Assembly (NCBI GenBank): GCA_035512515.1
Contig: DATKDY010000261.1
Location: forward strand, 33,575-97,574
Source: Vicinamibacterales bacterium
GTDB taxonomy: Bacteria; Acidobacteriota; Vicinamibacteria; Vicinamibacterales; UBA2999
Direction: 5' to 3'
DNA length: 64,000 bases
Under the pieces are notes generated by a model that saw only the letters and a list, made by a program, of their open reading frames with translations, was not told the DNA's origin and did not search any database. Position 1 is the stretch's first letter, and the number at the start of each line of letters is the position of its first letter. This document shows, piece after piece, positions 9,097 to 19,094 of this stretch. The position numbers were made by a program, and so were the translations under genes.

Positions 9097-9151
9097 CTAG
9101 CGAGGCGGCGCGACCCTCCATGCTTGCGGGTCTGAAGCGCCGCCTCGCTAG
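9097..9151 (-). terminator. 15-bp GC-rich hairpin enclosing the leuB stop codon (possible intra-operon attenuator or processing site)
   Basis: On the sense strand CTAGCGAGGCGGCGC, then 25 nt, then GCGCCGCCTCGCTAG, followed about 10 nt later by TTGTTTT. Stability was not computed. Confidence 0.4.
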
Positions 9152-10242
9152 ACAGCATGGTAGGCGTGCTGGCGATCGATCAGTTCTTCGAGGGCGCGGA
9201 CGACGGCCTCGCCGACCTCTGTCGTGGAGGCCGCATACCGGCCCATCCGCGCCAGATCTTGCGGCCGCAGACCCGCATCCAGGACCGCCGCGATGGCGTC
9301 CTCGACGAAGTCGGCTTCACGCGTCAGGCCCGCGGTGTGGCGCAGCAGCATGGCCACCGAACCGATCGCGCCGAGCGGGTTGGCGCAGTTGCGTCCCGCG
9401 ATATCCGGGGCCGAGCCGTGCACGGGCTCGTACAAGCCGATACGACCTCCGATGGACGCCGACGGCAGCATGCCGATGGACCCCGCGACAGCGGCCGCCT
9501 GGTCGCTCAAGATGTCGCCAAACAGGTTCTCGGTGACGATGACGTCGAAATGTGTCGGCTGGAGTGCCAGGCGCATGGCGCAGGCATCGACATACATGTG
9601 CTCGAGTCTGACGTCCGGATAGTCGTGTGCCAGATCCGTCACAGTCGTACGCCAGAGCTGCGAGGTCTCGAGAACATTGGCCTTGTCGACCGAGGTCAGC
9701 AAGCCTCGCCGATGGCGCGCTTGTTCGAAGGCGACCCGTGCGACGCGGACAATCTCGTCACGCGTGTAGCGCATGGTGTTCTCGGCGGCATCCGCCGTGA
9801 GGCGTCGCGGCTCGCCGTAGTACAAGCCGCCGAGCAGTTCGCGCACGATCAGGAGGTCCGCGCCGGCGACTGTCTCCGGCCGGTACGGTGTCGCGTCGAT
9901 GAGCGCCGCGTAGGTTCGCGCCGGCCTGAGGTTGGCAAACGCGCCCAGACGTTGACGCAGCACGAGGAGCGCGGCTTCGGGACGCCGCGGGCGGGGCAGG
10001 TGATCGGCCGACGGGTCACCCACGGCGCCGAGGAGCACGGCGTCGGCCGCCAGACATCCCTCGAGGGTTTCGTCGGGCAGCGCCACATCGTGCTGGCGAA
10101 TCGCCGCCGCGCCGATGGGCCATTCGCGCCACTCGAACGTGTGCCCGCAGGTTTCGCCAATCAGGGTGAGCACGCGCTGCGCCTGGGCGATCACTTCGGG
10201 ACCGATTCCGTCCCCGGGAAGAACCGCAATCGTCACACGCAC
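9148..10242 (-). CDS. leuB: 3-isopropylmalate dehydrogenase
   Basis: The product contains [58 protein letters not shown]. The GTG start is at 10242 or 10236. Confidence 0.9.
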   Translation of the reverse strand: MRVTIAVLPGDGIGPEVIAQAQRVLTLIGETCGHTFEWREWPIGAAAIRQHDVALPDETLEGCLAADAVLLGAVGDPSADHLPRPRRPEAALLVLRQRLGAFANLRPARTYAALIDATPYRPETVAGADLLIVRELLGGLYYGEPRRLTADAAENTMRYTRDEIVRVARVAFEQARHRRGLLTSVDKANVLETSQLWRTTVTDLAHDYPDVRLEHMYVDACAMRLALQPTHFDVIVTENLFGDILSDQAAAVAGSIGMLPSASIGGRIGLYEPVHGSAPDIAGRNCANPLGAIGSVAMLLRHTAGLTREADFVEDAIAAVLDAGLRPQDLARMGRYAASTTEVGEAVVRALEELIDRQHAYHAV

Positions 10243-11402
10243 CGTCTCAACTCCGTTTCGTAGTGGACCGCCTCGAGGACGTGAGCGTCTTCGATCGTTT
10301 TGACGCGGTCGGCAGTGGCCACCAGTTGCGCGTAGACCCGCGCCAGCGCATCCTGACGCAGGGTGAAGCCGAGCGCCCGGCAACGCGCGTCCACTCCCCG
10401 TGTCCCGGAGTGCTTGCCCAGGACGAGGCGGGTGCCCGCGGCCCCGACGGCCTCCGGACGCATGATCTCGTAGGTGAGCGGGTTCTTCAGCACGCCATCC
10501 TGATGAATGCCCGCTTCATGCGCGAACGCGTTGGCTCCCACGATCGCCTTGTTCGGCGGAACGGGCACGGCAACGATGTCACTCAGGAGCCGGCTCGTCG
10601 CGCAGAGTTCCGATGCCTGGATCGCGGTGGTGAACGGCAGCCGGTCCTGCCGCACGCGCAGCGCCATGACGATCTCTTCGAGCGATGCGTTGCCAGCCCG
10701 CTCGCCAATCCCGTTGATCGTGCACTCGACCTGACGGGCGCCAGCCTGGATGGCAGCCAGCGAATTGGCGACCGCCAGCCCCAGGTCGTCGTGGCAATGG
10801 GCGGACAGCCTGGCGCGTCCGCCGAGGCGCTCACCGACAGCCCCGAACATCTGTGCGACGTCCTGAGGCATGGCATATCCGACGGTATCCGGCAGGTTGA
10901 TCGTGGACGCGCCGGCGTCCACGACCGCGCTGGCGACGTCGCACAAGAACGCGAGATCGCTTCGCGTCGCATCTTCCGCCGAAAACTCGACGTCGTCGAC
11001 GTGGAGGCGGGCCAGCCGCACGGCGGCCGCCGCCTGATCGAGGCACTCGGCGCGCGTGATGCGCAGTTTGTCATGCAGATGCAGATCGGACGTCGCGAGA
11101 AAGACGTGGATGCGAGGACGTGCGGCACACTCGAGCGCGCGCGCCGTGCGCTCGACATCGGCCGTGACCGCGCGGGCGAGGCCGGCCACCACCGGCCGCT
11201 TCAGTTCGGCGGCGATGGTCCGGACGGCGGCGAAGTCGCCGTCAGACGCGATCGGAAAACCCGCTTCGATGATGTCGACCCCCAGCCGGTCGAGTTGCCG
11301 CGCGAGCCGCACCTTTTCGGGCGTGGTCATGCTGAAGCCAGGCGCCTGTTCGCCATCCCGCAGGGTGGTGTCGAAGACACGAACGATCGCCGGGTCCGCC
11401 AT
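10233..11402 (-). CDS. leuA: 2-isopropylmalate synthase, short form lacking the C-terminal LeuA-dimer/regulatory domain
   Basis: The product contains [87 protein letters not shown]. It ends about 390 aa in, just after the linker. Confidence 0.85.
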   Translation of the reverse strand: MADPAIVRVFDTTLRDGEQAPGFSMTTPEKVRLARQLDRLGVDIIEAGFPIASDGDFAAVRTIAAELKRPVVAGLARAVTADVERTARALECAARPRIHVFLATSDLHLHDKLRITRAECLDQAAAAVRLARLHVDDVEFSAEDATRSDLAFLCDVASAVVDAGASTINLPDTVGYAMPQDVAQMFGAVGERLGGRARLSAHCHDDLGLAVANSLAAIQAGARQVECTINGIGERAGNASLEEIVMALRVRQDRLPFTTAIQASELCATSRLLSDIVAVPVPPNKAIVGANAFAHEAGIHQDGVLKNPLTYEIMRPEAVGAAGTRLVLGKHSGTRGVDARCRALGFTLRQDALARVYAQLVATADRVKTIEDAHVLEAVHYETELRRCV

Positions 11403-11492
11403 GGGTGGCAGTGTGCCCTCCCCGCAGGGCATAAATCAAATTGATATTTGTTTCATGGCAATAAGCTGAACTAATATAGACACGAATCGCCC

Positions 11493-12407
11493 ATGGATCT
11501 GTTCGAGCTCGAGGTGTTTCTCGCGATCGTTAGGGAGGGAAGCTTCTCCAAGGCCGGCAAGGCCGTTTATCGCACGCAACCCGCGGTCACCCAGATCGTT
11601 CACCGCCTCGAATCCGAGCTGGGCCAGCCGCTGTTCGACCGCTCGAGCCGTAGGGGCGTACTCACGGACGCCGGTCGCGTGTTGCTTGAGCACGGCGAGC
11701 GGCTGATGAATTTCAAAGAGCAGGCATTGGCGGCCGTGGCCGACGTTCGCCACTTGCGGCGCGGCCAGCTCGTTCTCGCCACCAATGAGCTCACCTGCCT
11801 GTATGTGTTGCCGCTGCTGCGCGAATACCGCCGCCGCTATCCCGACGTTGCCGTGTCGGTACGACGTGGGCTCGCCAGCCGCATTCCGGCCGATGTCCGC
11901 GATTACGGCGCCGATCTCGGCGTCGTGACGTACCAGCCGGCCGACGCCGCGCTCGCCTCGGTCGTCGTCTACCGTGATCAGCTCGCATTCGTCGTGCCGC
12001 AGGGCCATCGCTTCGCCAAGCGACGCGAGGTCCGCATCAAGGATCTGGGCGGGGAGGCCTTCGTGGCGCACCACGTCGCCTCGCCCTACCGGGCGAAGGT
12101 GGTCGAAACCTTCCGCCGGCGGCGCGTCACGCTGTGGATGCCGGTCGAGATGCCGACGATCGAGGCGATCAAGAAGTTCGTGGCAACGGGGCACGGCGTG
12201 GCGCTGCTGCCTGCCATCGCTGTCGAAAGCGAGTTGAGTCGCGGGGAACTGGTGCGCGTGCGCGTCGCCGAGCTGTCGTTCGAACGGCCCGTCCGTGTGG
12301 TCTGGCGGAAGGCGGGTGTACTGTCGCACGCCGCCGCCGCGTTTCTCCAGGTTGCGGAAGCGCACGCCGGCAAGGTTCGTGAGCCCTACTCCTTCGTGCG
12401 CGATTAG
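11493..12407 (+). CDS. LysR-family transcriptional regulator (divergent from leuA)
   Basis: The product begins MDLFELEVFLAIVREGSFSKAGKAVYRTQPAVTQIVHRLESELGQPLFDR, a winged HTH, and continues into a LysR substrate-binding domain. Confidence 0.9.
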   Translation: MDLFELEVFLAIVREGSFSKAGKAVYRTQPAVTQIVHRLESELGQPLFDRSSRRGVLTDAGRVLLEHGERLMNFKEQALAAVADVRHLRRGQLVLATNELTCLYVLPLLREYRRRYPDVAVSVRRGLASRIPADVRDYGADLGVVTYQPADAALASVVVYRDQLAFVVPQGHRFAKRREVRIKDLGGEAFVAHHVASPYRAKVVETFRRRRVTLWMPVEMPTIEAIKKFVATGHGVALLPAIAVESELSRGELVRVRVAELSFERPVRVVWRKAGVLSHAAAAFLQVAEAHAGKVREPYSFVRD

Positions 12408-12416
12408 CGCCTCTGC

Positions 12417-12827
12417 TCATCGCGTGAGGAGCCCGCGATCGGGCATCACAAACGTCTGTCGCGCAAACTCGGACCACAACGTCTCGGGCGTGTAGTAGTC
12501 GTCCAGAATCGACGGCTTCCACGCCAGCAGGTCGGTGTTGGCGGTCGCGAAGTCCTCCCAACCGGCTGCGTGGCAGGCCTGCTGACGGGCGTGAATCAGC
12601 AGCAGATAGGCCCATGTGATGGTCACGTGATACAGGTGCGGCGCGCCCTGTGCGAGAGCGAAGCGGCCTAACGCCGCCGGGAAGGCCTCCAGTGCACCAG
12701 GCAGTCCATAGCGACGCACGTACAGCCACGCGACCCGTACGTGCTGCGCATGGTGAAACTGACCGGCCGCGAGCGTGGCACGTTCGAACTGCTCGACCAG
12801 ATCGGCGTCCGTCAATGGCGCGGTCAT
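12417..12827 (-). CDS. hypothetical helical protein (136 aa), 4-nt overlap with the upstream RHH gene
   Basis: An internal ATG in ORF 12417..13286 gives MTAPLTDADLVEQFERATL... It forms an ATGA overlap with the upstream gene. I recognise no family. Confidence 0.5.
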   Translation of the reverse strand: MTAPLTDADLVEQFERATLAAGQFHHAQHVRVAWLYVRRYGLPGALEAFPAALGRFALAQGAPHLYHVTITWAYLLLIHARQQACHAAGWEDFATANTDLLAWKPSILDDYYTPETLWSEFARQTFVMPDRGLLTR

Positions 12828-13093
12828 CGCGACCTCACGTCCCCGGCCTCCGTCAGGCCATGTGCATGGCGTGCATCGAGCGTCAGATTGAACACCTGTT
12901 TGAGCTCCGCGATCTTCGAGAGCGATTCGTCGCCAAACGGCGTCGTGCCGTCGAACGCATGCAGAACGATGCCCTCGAGGAGGTCGCCGAGCGTCATGTC
13001 GTGGTAGTCGGCCAGCGCTTTGAGCACCTTGAGCAGCCGTTTCTCGAGACGCACGCCAGTTTGAACGCGTTCGACGACCGTCGTTGGTATCAT
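12824..13093 (-). CDS. ribbon-helix-helix (CopG/Arc-like) DNA-binding protein
   Basis: The product begins MIPTTVVERVQTGVRLEKRLLKVLKALADYHDMTLGDLLEGIVLHAF, a beta-strand plus two-helix pattern. Three TACCA direct repeats at 8-nt spacing straddle its ATG. Confidence 0.5.
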   Translation of the reverse strand: MIPTTVVERVQTGVRLEKRLLKVLKALADYHDMTLGDLLEGIVLHAFDGTTPFGDESLSKIAELKQVFNLTLDARHAHGLTEAGDVRSR

Positions 13094-13330
13094 GGTAACT
13101 TGGTACCAAACTACCACATTGCGCACGTTTATGCTCGCTGTGGCGCAATACATGCAACGGTTCAGCTGCCGCGGCCCGAGAAGACACCATCCACATTGTG
13201 AAAACGCCTGTAGAATCAAGAGGTTGCGTCCGTCTGTGTCGTGGGCGCAAGGTGCGCGGAGTGAGGCTGTTTTCCGCGAGGTGCACACGAGAGGCGGGGC
13301 AAATTACCCCAGTTCGAGCGTCGGTGACTT

Positions 13331-14080
13331 ATGAACAAGAGCACCCCAGTGAAACCCACGCTCCCCAATGGCAGATTGCCCGAGTCGCCGCCCGTGGAGG
13401 TCACTGACATCGACACCTTGCGGGGGCGAATCCAGGAGCTGGAACTTCTCTGCGCGGAGGTCTATGTCGCAGCGGTCGAGATCGGCCTGCCGCAGCCCCT
13501 CCTGAACCGGCTGTGGACGGTCGCGGCGCATGGAAGCACCCCGCACGCATTCGCTCTGGATCTGCCGCCGTCTCCGCCGGCTCGTGCCGCGGTCGCGCCG
13601 ATACCGCTCCCCGATATCAAGCTGACGGACCGACCGGGGCGCGATGCGCAGGCGCGTCCCAAGGCCGTCAAGCCCGAGCTGGATCCGCTGCCCGTGCGGC
13701 GCCACGTCATGGTGGTCGACGACGACCCGATGATGATGGAAGTCCTCGTGCGGATCTTGCAGCGTGAGAATTACGAGTTGACGGTCGCCGCGAGCGGCTC
13801 TGAAGCGCTCCACAAGGCGGCCGCCCTGCCGCACCCCCTGGAGTTGCTCATCACCGACTACGCGATGCCTGGAATGAGGGGTCACGAGCTGGCCGAACGA
13901 ATGCGCGAACGGTATCCCGGTTTGCGCGTGCTCTACCAGACGGGGTTCAGCGACATGTTGTTCGAGAACAAGGTGGAGCTGGAAGAAGGGGCGGCCTTTC
14001 TGGAAAAGCCCTTCACCGCCCGTGGCTTGCGCGAAGCGGCCCGTTTCATTCTGTTTGGCGCCATCAACCCGATCGCTTGA
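13331..14080 (+). CDS. response regulator with C-terminal receiver domain and unknown N-terminal region
   Basis: The C-terminal part reads RHVMVVDDDPMMMEVLVRIL..LLITDYAMPGMRGHELAERMR..LYQTGFSD..FLEKPF. Confidence 0.8.
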   Translation: MNKSTPVKPTLPNGRLPESPPVEVTDIDTLRGRIQELELLCAEVYVAAVEIGLPQPLLNRLWTVAAHGSTPHAFALDLPPSPPARAAVAPIPLPDIKLTDRPGRDAQARPKAVKPELDPLPVRRHVMVVDDDPMMMEVLVRILQRENYELTVAASGSEALHKAAALPHPLELLITDYAMPGMRGHELAERMRERYPGLRVLYQTGFSDMLFENKVELEEGAAFLEKPFTARGLREAARFILFGAINPIA

Positions 14081-14127
14081 CGTTCCCCCGTCAGCGCCGA
14101 AAGCTGGGCGCTGATCGCCGATCGCAT

Positions 14128-14985
14128 TCACGTGTCATCGGCGGTTCGGAAGGCACCCAGTAACTTGAACGACGTCGTCACACGCTGCAACTCGTCGTAC
14201 ACCGCGGCCGGAATGGTCCCGCCGTCGGGTGCGATCATCTCGACGACGAATCGGTACTCGAAGTCGGTGCCCGCAATCGGGCGCCCCTCGATTTTCGTCA
14301 CGCTCAATCCGTAGGCGGCGATCGGTTGTAGCGCCGACACGAGGGCTCCGGGCTGGTGCCGCAGGCCACAGGCGATGACCGCTTTTTGCGCCTCTCGGGC
14401 CGCGGCGCTGTGAGCGCGATGCGACAGTCGCAGAAATCGATTCCAGTTGTCCTGCTGATCCTGAATGTGCTCGGCGAGCACCACCGCTCCGTACAAGGCG
14501 GCCGCGCGGCGTGACGAAATCGCGGCGGTCTTCGTGTCGGCGCCGGCGAGAATCATGCGCACCGCCCCGGCGGTATCAAACACGGAGACTGCCTCGATGC
14601 TCCGGTTCTGGCGAAAGAAATCTGCGCATTGTGCGAGCGCGAGCGGGTGGGACAGGACGCGCCGGACGTCCTCGCGCCGCGTCCCCTCAGGCGCAACGAG
14701 CACGTAATCGATGTTGATGATCGTTTCGCCAGTGACGACGAGGTCGTGGGTGAGCAGCAGCTCATAGACACTCGGCACGGTGCCGGACACCGCGTTTTCG
14801 ACCGGGACGACCGCGTGGCTCGCCCGGCCGTCGACGACGGCCTCGAAGGTCTGCTCGAGCGTCGCGCAGGGCATCAGCCGGGCCTCGGGGCCCAGCAATG
14901 CCAGAGCCGCCTCTTCACTATAAGCGCCGGGTGCCCCTTGGTACGCCGCATCCGCGTCGGATTTGTAGATGTCGAACTGTTGCAT
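14128..14985 (-). CDS. pheA: prephenate dehydratase (PDT + ACT domains)
   Basis: The product contains AYQGAPGAYSEEAA..AVVPVENAVSGTV..SHPLALAQC..NWNRFLRL. The C-terminal ACT-like segment reads ALQPIAAYGLSVTKIEGRP. The start is ATG 14985. Confidence 0.9.
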   Translation of the reverse strand: MQQFDIYKSDADAAYQGAPGAYSEEAALALLGPEARLMPCATLEQTFEAVVDGRASHAVVPVENAVSGTVPSVYELLLTHDLVVTGETIINIDYVLVAPEGTRREDVRRVLSHPLALAQCADFFRQNRSIEAVSVFDTAGAVRMILAGADTKTAAISSRRAAALYGAVVLAEHIQDQQDNWNRFLRLSHRAHSAAAREAQKAVIACGLRHQPGALVSALQPIAAYGLSVTKIEGRPIAGTDFEYRFVVEMIAPDGGTIPAAVYDELQRVTTSFKLLGAFRTADDT

Positions 14986-15039
14986 CGGGTTGACGATATG
15001 ATTGATCGGACGCGGCCAGGGGCCGCGCCACCATTGTCT

Positions 15040-16818
15040 ATGAAACGCGGCCTCGGTCTCGTCGCCCTTTTGATCGGCCTTGCAGTGCTCGCGTCGGCCG
15101 CGGCCATGGTCGTCCTTTACCTCATGGTGGCGCCCGGCGCTCGCATCCCCGACAGCTCCACGCTGGTCCTGCGGCCTGGCGGCGAGCTGTTCGAGGTCGC
15201 GCCCGACGACGTGCTGCAACTGGTGTCGCGGTCAGACGCGCGCACCGTCCGCGGGTATGTCGAGTCGTTGCGCAAAGCGAAAGTGGACCGGCGCATCAGC
15301 GCCGTGTTGCTGGCGCCACGTCCGCTGAGCTCGCCGTTCTGGGGCAAGGTGCAGGAGCTGCACGAGGCCATCCTCGACTTCAAGACGTCGGGCAAGCCGG
15401 TTTATGCATTCCTGGAATACGGCGGCGACCGCGAGTATTACCTCGCGACGGCCGCCGATAAGATTTTTCTGGTCCCCACCGCGACGCTCGATTTGACCGG
15501 CGTGGCTACCTACGAAGTGTTTCTGCGCGGGACCCTGGACTGGATTGGCACCTACCCGGACTTGATGCACATCGGCGATTACAAGACGGCGATCAACGTG
15601 TTTACGGAAAAGACGTTTACGCCGGCGCATCACGAAATGAGCGCGTCGCTCAACCGCGACCAATTCGACCAGTTGGTGCGCACCATCGCTGACGGCCGTC
15701 ACAAGACCGAGGCTGACGTCCGCACCGCCATCGACGAAGGCCCGCACCTGCCAGAAGATGCCTTGCGGCATGGGCTGGTGGATGATCTGGCCTACGCGGA
15801 CGAATTGGACGACCTGGTGGGTGAGCTCGGCGGCCCGGGAACATTGCGGCTTGTGGAAAGCGACGACTACGCCCGCGTGTCGTGGGAATCGCTTGGCGTG
15901 CCGCGCCGCCACAAGATTGCGGTGCTGAATGCCGTCGGCGCCATCACCGGCGGCAAGAGCGGATACGACCCCATCAACGGCGCCGTTCTGGGCTCGGATT
16001 CCCTCGTCGAGTCCATCAGACGGATTCGCGCCGACTCGTCAATTCGCGCCATCATCCTCCGCATCGACAGCCCCGGCGGATCGTCGACGGCCTCGGACGT
16101 GATCTGGCGTGAGCTGATGATCACCAAGAACGGCTCGAACGGCAAGCCGATCGTGGTGTCGATGTCCGATCTCGCCGCTTCTGGTGGCTATTACATTGCC
16201 ATGGCCGGTGATGTTCTGGTCGCACAACCCGGGACGCTCACCGGTTCGATCGGCATCTACACGGGTAAGTACGTCACCAGCGGCTCGTTCGAGAAGCTCG
16301 GCGCGAACATCGAGGCGACCAGCGATGGACGACACGCTGAGATCTACTCGCCCGAACGGCGGTTCACGCCCGAAGAGCGCGACAAGATGCAGGAGTCGAT
16401 GCAGGCCTTCTACGACCAATTCGTCGAGAAGGTCGCGGTGGCGCGCCAAACCACGCCCGAGAAAGTCGATCAGATAGCGCAGGGCCGCGTTTGGACGGGA
16501 CAGCAGGCGAAGCGGGTGGGATTGGTGGACGAGCTCGGCGGGATGCAGGTGGCGGTCGCCGCCGCGAAGCAGCGCGCACGCATTGCGGCCGAGGAAGAGG
16601 TGGAGCTGGTCGTCTATCCGCCGCGCCGGAGCTTCTACGAGCTCCTCAGCGAATCATTCGATCAACCTACCACAACGCGGGAAACGTCCACGGCCGAAGC
16701 AATCCTCACGTTGCTCGGCCCGCGCGACCGCAAGGTCCTGGCCGCCATCCTGGCGCCCTCCCGGTTGTTCCGTTCCGGCGAGGTCCTCGCCCACATGCCA
16801 TACGTGTTCCTCCGCTAA
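15040..16818 (+). CDS. sppA: signal peptide peptidase SppA, 67K type (two S49 domains)
   Basis: The ATG at 15040 gives a membrane anchor [25 protein letters not shown]. The product contains [13 protein letters not shown] and [17 protein letters not shown], a duplicated S49 fold. Confidence 0.9.
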   Translation: MKRGLGLVALLIGLAVLASAAAMVVLYLMVAPGARIPDSSTLVLRPGGELFEVAPDDVLQLVSRSDARTVRGYVESLRKAKVDRRISAVLLAPRPLSSPFWGKVQELHEAILDFKTSGKPVYAFLEYGGDREYYLATAADKIFLVPTATLDLTGVATYEVFLRGTLDWIGTYPDLMHIGDYKTAINVFTEKTFTPAHHEMSASLNRDQFDQLVRTIADGRHKTEADVRTAIDEGPHLPEDALRHGLVDDLAYADELDDLVGELGGPGTLRLVESDDYARVSWESLGVPRRHKIAVLNAVGAITGGKSGYDPINGAVLGSDSLVESIRRIRADSSIRAIILRIDSPGGSSTASDVIWRELMITKNGSNGKPIVVSMSDLAASGGYYIAMAGDVLVAQPGTLTGSIGIYTGKYVTSGSFEKLGANIEATSDGRHAEIYSPERRFTPEERDKMQESMQAFYDQFVEKVAVARQTTPEKVDQIAQGRVWTGQQAKRVGLVDELGGMQVAVAAAKQRARIAAEEEVELVVYPPRRSFYELLSESFDQPTTTRETSTAEAILTLLGPRDRKVLAAILAPSRLFRSGEVLAHMPYVFLR

Positions 16819-16927
16819 GGGTTCCAGGGTTCCAGGGTTCCAAGGTTCCAAGGTTCCAAGGTTCCAAGGTTCCAAGGTTCTTAGAACTCTCGAACCTTGG
16901 AACTCTGGAACCCTGGAACTCTAAGCG
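16813..16927. repeat. 8-mer tandem-repeat palindrome: 7 x TTCCA(G/A)GG, short loop, about 4 reverse-complement units
   Basis: A direct read gives cgctaag ggttccag x2, ggttccaa x5, ttcttagaactctc, then gaaccttggaactctggaaccctggaactctaagcg. It lies between the convergent sppA and ppiD genes, and the sppA stop sits in the stem base. Confidence 0.92.
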
Positions 16928-18895
16928 TTAGAAAATGGGCGGGCCGCTCGGCGGCGCGCCTGGCGGGGTGGCCGGCGCCGGGCCCACCGCGCGCTGCAGG
17001 GTTTCCTGGTTGATTTGAATCCGCAGGTTCTTTTTCGCCTCGACCATGTAGCCGCTGAAGAAGCGGTCGCGCCGCTGGTTGATCAGCTCGTCGCGCATCT
17101 GGTCCATGCCCTCGGCGACTTGGGCGTCGGTGACGCCTTCCTTGTCCACGACGCGGATGATGGCGGTTCCTTGGGGAGTCGGGACTGGATCGCTGACGCC
17201 GCCCTCGGGAAGCGTGAATGCAACGGCGTCGACCTCTGGACTCACGCCCAGGTCCGGGATGGGTGAGCCGCGCGGGATCAGCTCGGTTGGCTTCACTTCG
17301 AGTCCCGCCTTCGCGGCCGCGGCGGCAAAATCCTTGGAACTCTTCAACATGGCGGCGATGTCCGCGGCCTTGGTCTTCGCCAGCTCCGCCGCGCGCTCGC
17401 GCGTGAGATCATCGCGAACCCGCTCGCGAACTTCGGCGAGCTCGGGCAGGCGCGGCTCTTCTTTGCCGATCACCGTCGCCAGCACCCAGCCGCGCGACAC
17501 CCGCAGTGCGGGGCTGACGGCGCCATCGGCGAGCTGAAATGCCTGCGCCGCGACTTCGGGGGCGGGGCCGAGACCATCAATCGGTTCGTCGCGCAGAAAG
17601 GCGCCGGTGTCCTGGACGTGCAGGCCGCGTTCTTTGGCCATGCGATCGAGGTCGTCGGGCGACGTGATCTGCGCTTCGAGCGCCTTGGCGATCGATTCGG
17701 CCTGCTCCTGCGCTTCCTGCCACTTCACCTGGTCTTCGATTTCGGCGCGCACCTCGTCGAGCGTGCGCGTGGTGGCGGGCTCGTTCTTCTCGACCTTGAT
17801 GATGTGATAGCCGAACGACGTCTTGACCAGGTCGCTGATCTCGCCCGGCTTCAAGGCAAACGCGGCCTGCTCGAATTCCGGCACCATCGTGCCGCGGCCA
17901 AACTCGCCCAGCGAGCCGCCGGTCGTGTTGTTGGAGTCGTCCTGGGAAAACTGTTTGGCGAGCGCGGCGAAATCCTCCCCGGCTTTGGCGCGTTTGAGCA
18001 CCTCTTCGGCCTGCTTGCGCACGGCTTCTTCGTCGGTGTCCTCGAGCCGGAAGAGGATGTGGCTGGCGGCGAGCTGCTCGGGCGTGGTGTACTGCGCGAT
18101 GTTCTGTTGGTAAAACGCCTGCAATTCGGCCTCGGGCACCGTGATCTGCTGGCGCACCTGATCGACGTCCACGAGCGCGTAGCGCAGGCGGCGCTTCTCG
18201 CCGATCCGGTACATCTCCTTGCTCGCTTCGAAATATGCCGCCACATCCGCGTCGTTGAGGGTGACCTGGCTGCGGAACGCATCCGGCGTCAGCGGCACGA
18301 CGTCGAGCTGCACTTTCTCGTTGCGGCGGCGGAATTCGTCGGCGACCTCGCCGTCGGTCACCGACATCCAGCCGGTCACGGCGTTTCGCAGCTTTTCGAC
18401 CAGCAACGCGCGCCGGAGGTTGTTTTCGAACTCGGTCGTGGTGAGCGGCGGGTTGTTCATCTGCAGCATCTGGCGGTAGCGCTGCTCGCCGATGAACTGC
18501 CCGTTTTCCTGAAAGGCCGGAATCGCGAGAATGCGCTCGCGGACCTCCACGTCACTGACACGGATGCCCTGGCGGCGGGCCTCGGCGACCATCGCCTCTT
18601 CGTCCACCATTTGCTGAAGAATCTGCTGCTCGATGCCGAGCTGGCGCAGGAGCTGTTCGCTCAACTGCGACCCGTAGGCGCTGCGATACGCCTGCAGTTG
18701 TGCGGTGTACCGACGCTGGAAGGCGCCCACGGTGATGTCCTCGCCTTCGACTTCGGCGAGGATTTCGTTCGGCGCCGCGCCCGCGGTGGGCGTGATGAAA
18801 TCGGGGATGTAAAACACCACAAACGTCAAGACGACAAGGGCCAGGCTCCACTTGAGCCAGCCCTTGTGGCGCCGCATCTGGTCGAGCATCGTCAT
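16928..18895 (-). CDS. ppiD: periplasmic chaperone / peptidyl-prolyl isomerase PpiD-like (SurA_N + parvulin domain)
   Basis: The product begins MTMLDQMRRHKGWLKWSLALVVLTFVVFY, an N-terminal anchor. It has a parvulin segment ASHILF..GGSLGEFGRGTMVPEFEQAAF..SFGYHIIKV. Confidence 0.85.
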   Translation of the reverse strand: MTMLDQMRRHKGWLKWSLALVVLTFVVFYIPDFITPTAGAAPNEILAEVEGEDITVGAFQRRYTAQLQAYRSAYGSQLSEQLLRQLGIEQQILQQMVDEEAMVAEARRQGIRVSDVEVRERILAIPAFQENGQFIGEQRYRQMLQMNNPPLTTTEFENNLRRALLVEKLRNAVTGWMSVTDGEVADEFRRRNEKVQLDVVPLTPDAFRSQVTLNDADVAAYFEASKEMYRIGEKRRLRYALVDVDQVRQQITVPEAELQAFYQQNIAQYTTPEQLAASHILFRLEDTDEEAVRKQAEEVLKRAKAGEDFAALAKQFSQDDSNNTTGGSLGEFGRGTMVPEFEQAAFALKPGEISDLVKTSFGYHIIKVEKNEPATTRTLDEVRAEIEDQVKWQEAQEQAESIAKALEAQITSPDDLDRMAKERGLHVQDTGAFLRDEPIDGLGPAPEVAAQAFQLADGAVSPALRVSRGWVLATVIGKEEPRLPELAEVRERVRDDLTRERAAELAKTKAADIAAMLKSSKDFAAAAAKAGLEVKPTELIPRGSPIPDLGVSPEVDAVAFTLPEGGVSDPVPTPQGTAIIRVVDKEGVTDAQVAEGMDQMRDELINQRRDRFFSGYMVEAKKNLRIQINQETLQRAVGPAPATPPGAPPSGPPIF

Positions 18896-19055
18896 AGGTA
18901 GATTTCCTGGGAGGAAACCGTGATCGTACCACAGGCTCAACCCCCGATGATGGTTCTTCGCGGGGGCCTCATGAAGGTGGTTGACGGCCGTTCGCCCGCG
19001 GCGGCCCGGGAGGAGGGTTTGGGTTGGCGGGCGGCTTCGGTCGCGAACATTGTGG

Positions 19056-19094
19056 GAACCGCTGTGCAGAACCGCTGTGCAGAACCGGCGTGAC
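19056..19094. repeat. 13-mer direct repeat GAACCGCTGTGCA x2 plus one variant, in a divergent promoter region
   Basis: A direct read gives gaaccgctgtgca gaaccgctgtgca gaaccggcgtgac. Confidence 0.9.

Noticed and set aside
7511-9121. Long 536-aa form of LeuC with a 40-aa N-terminal extension; likewise the long forms of sppA (14629), rng (25749), the HD-GYP gene (39716) and the amidohydrolase (38108)
   Set aside because: The extensions are Arg/Ala/Gly-rich, have no homology to the families and overlap neighbouring genes or repeat arrays. Internal starts with SD-like sequences give canonical N-termini.
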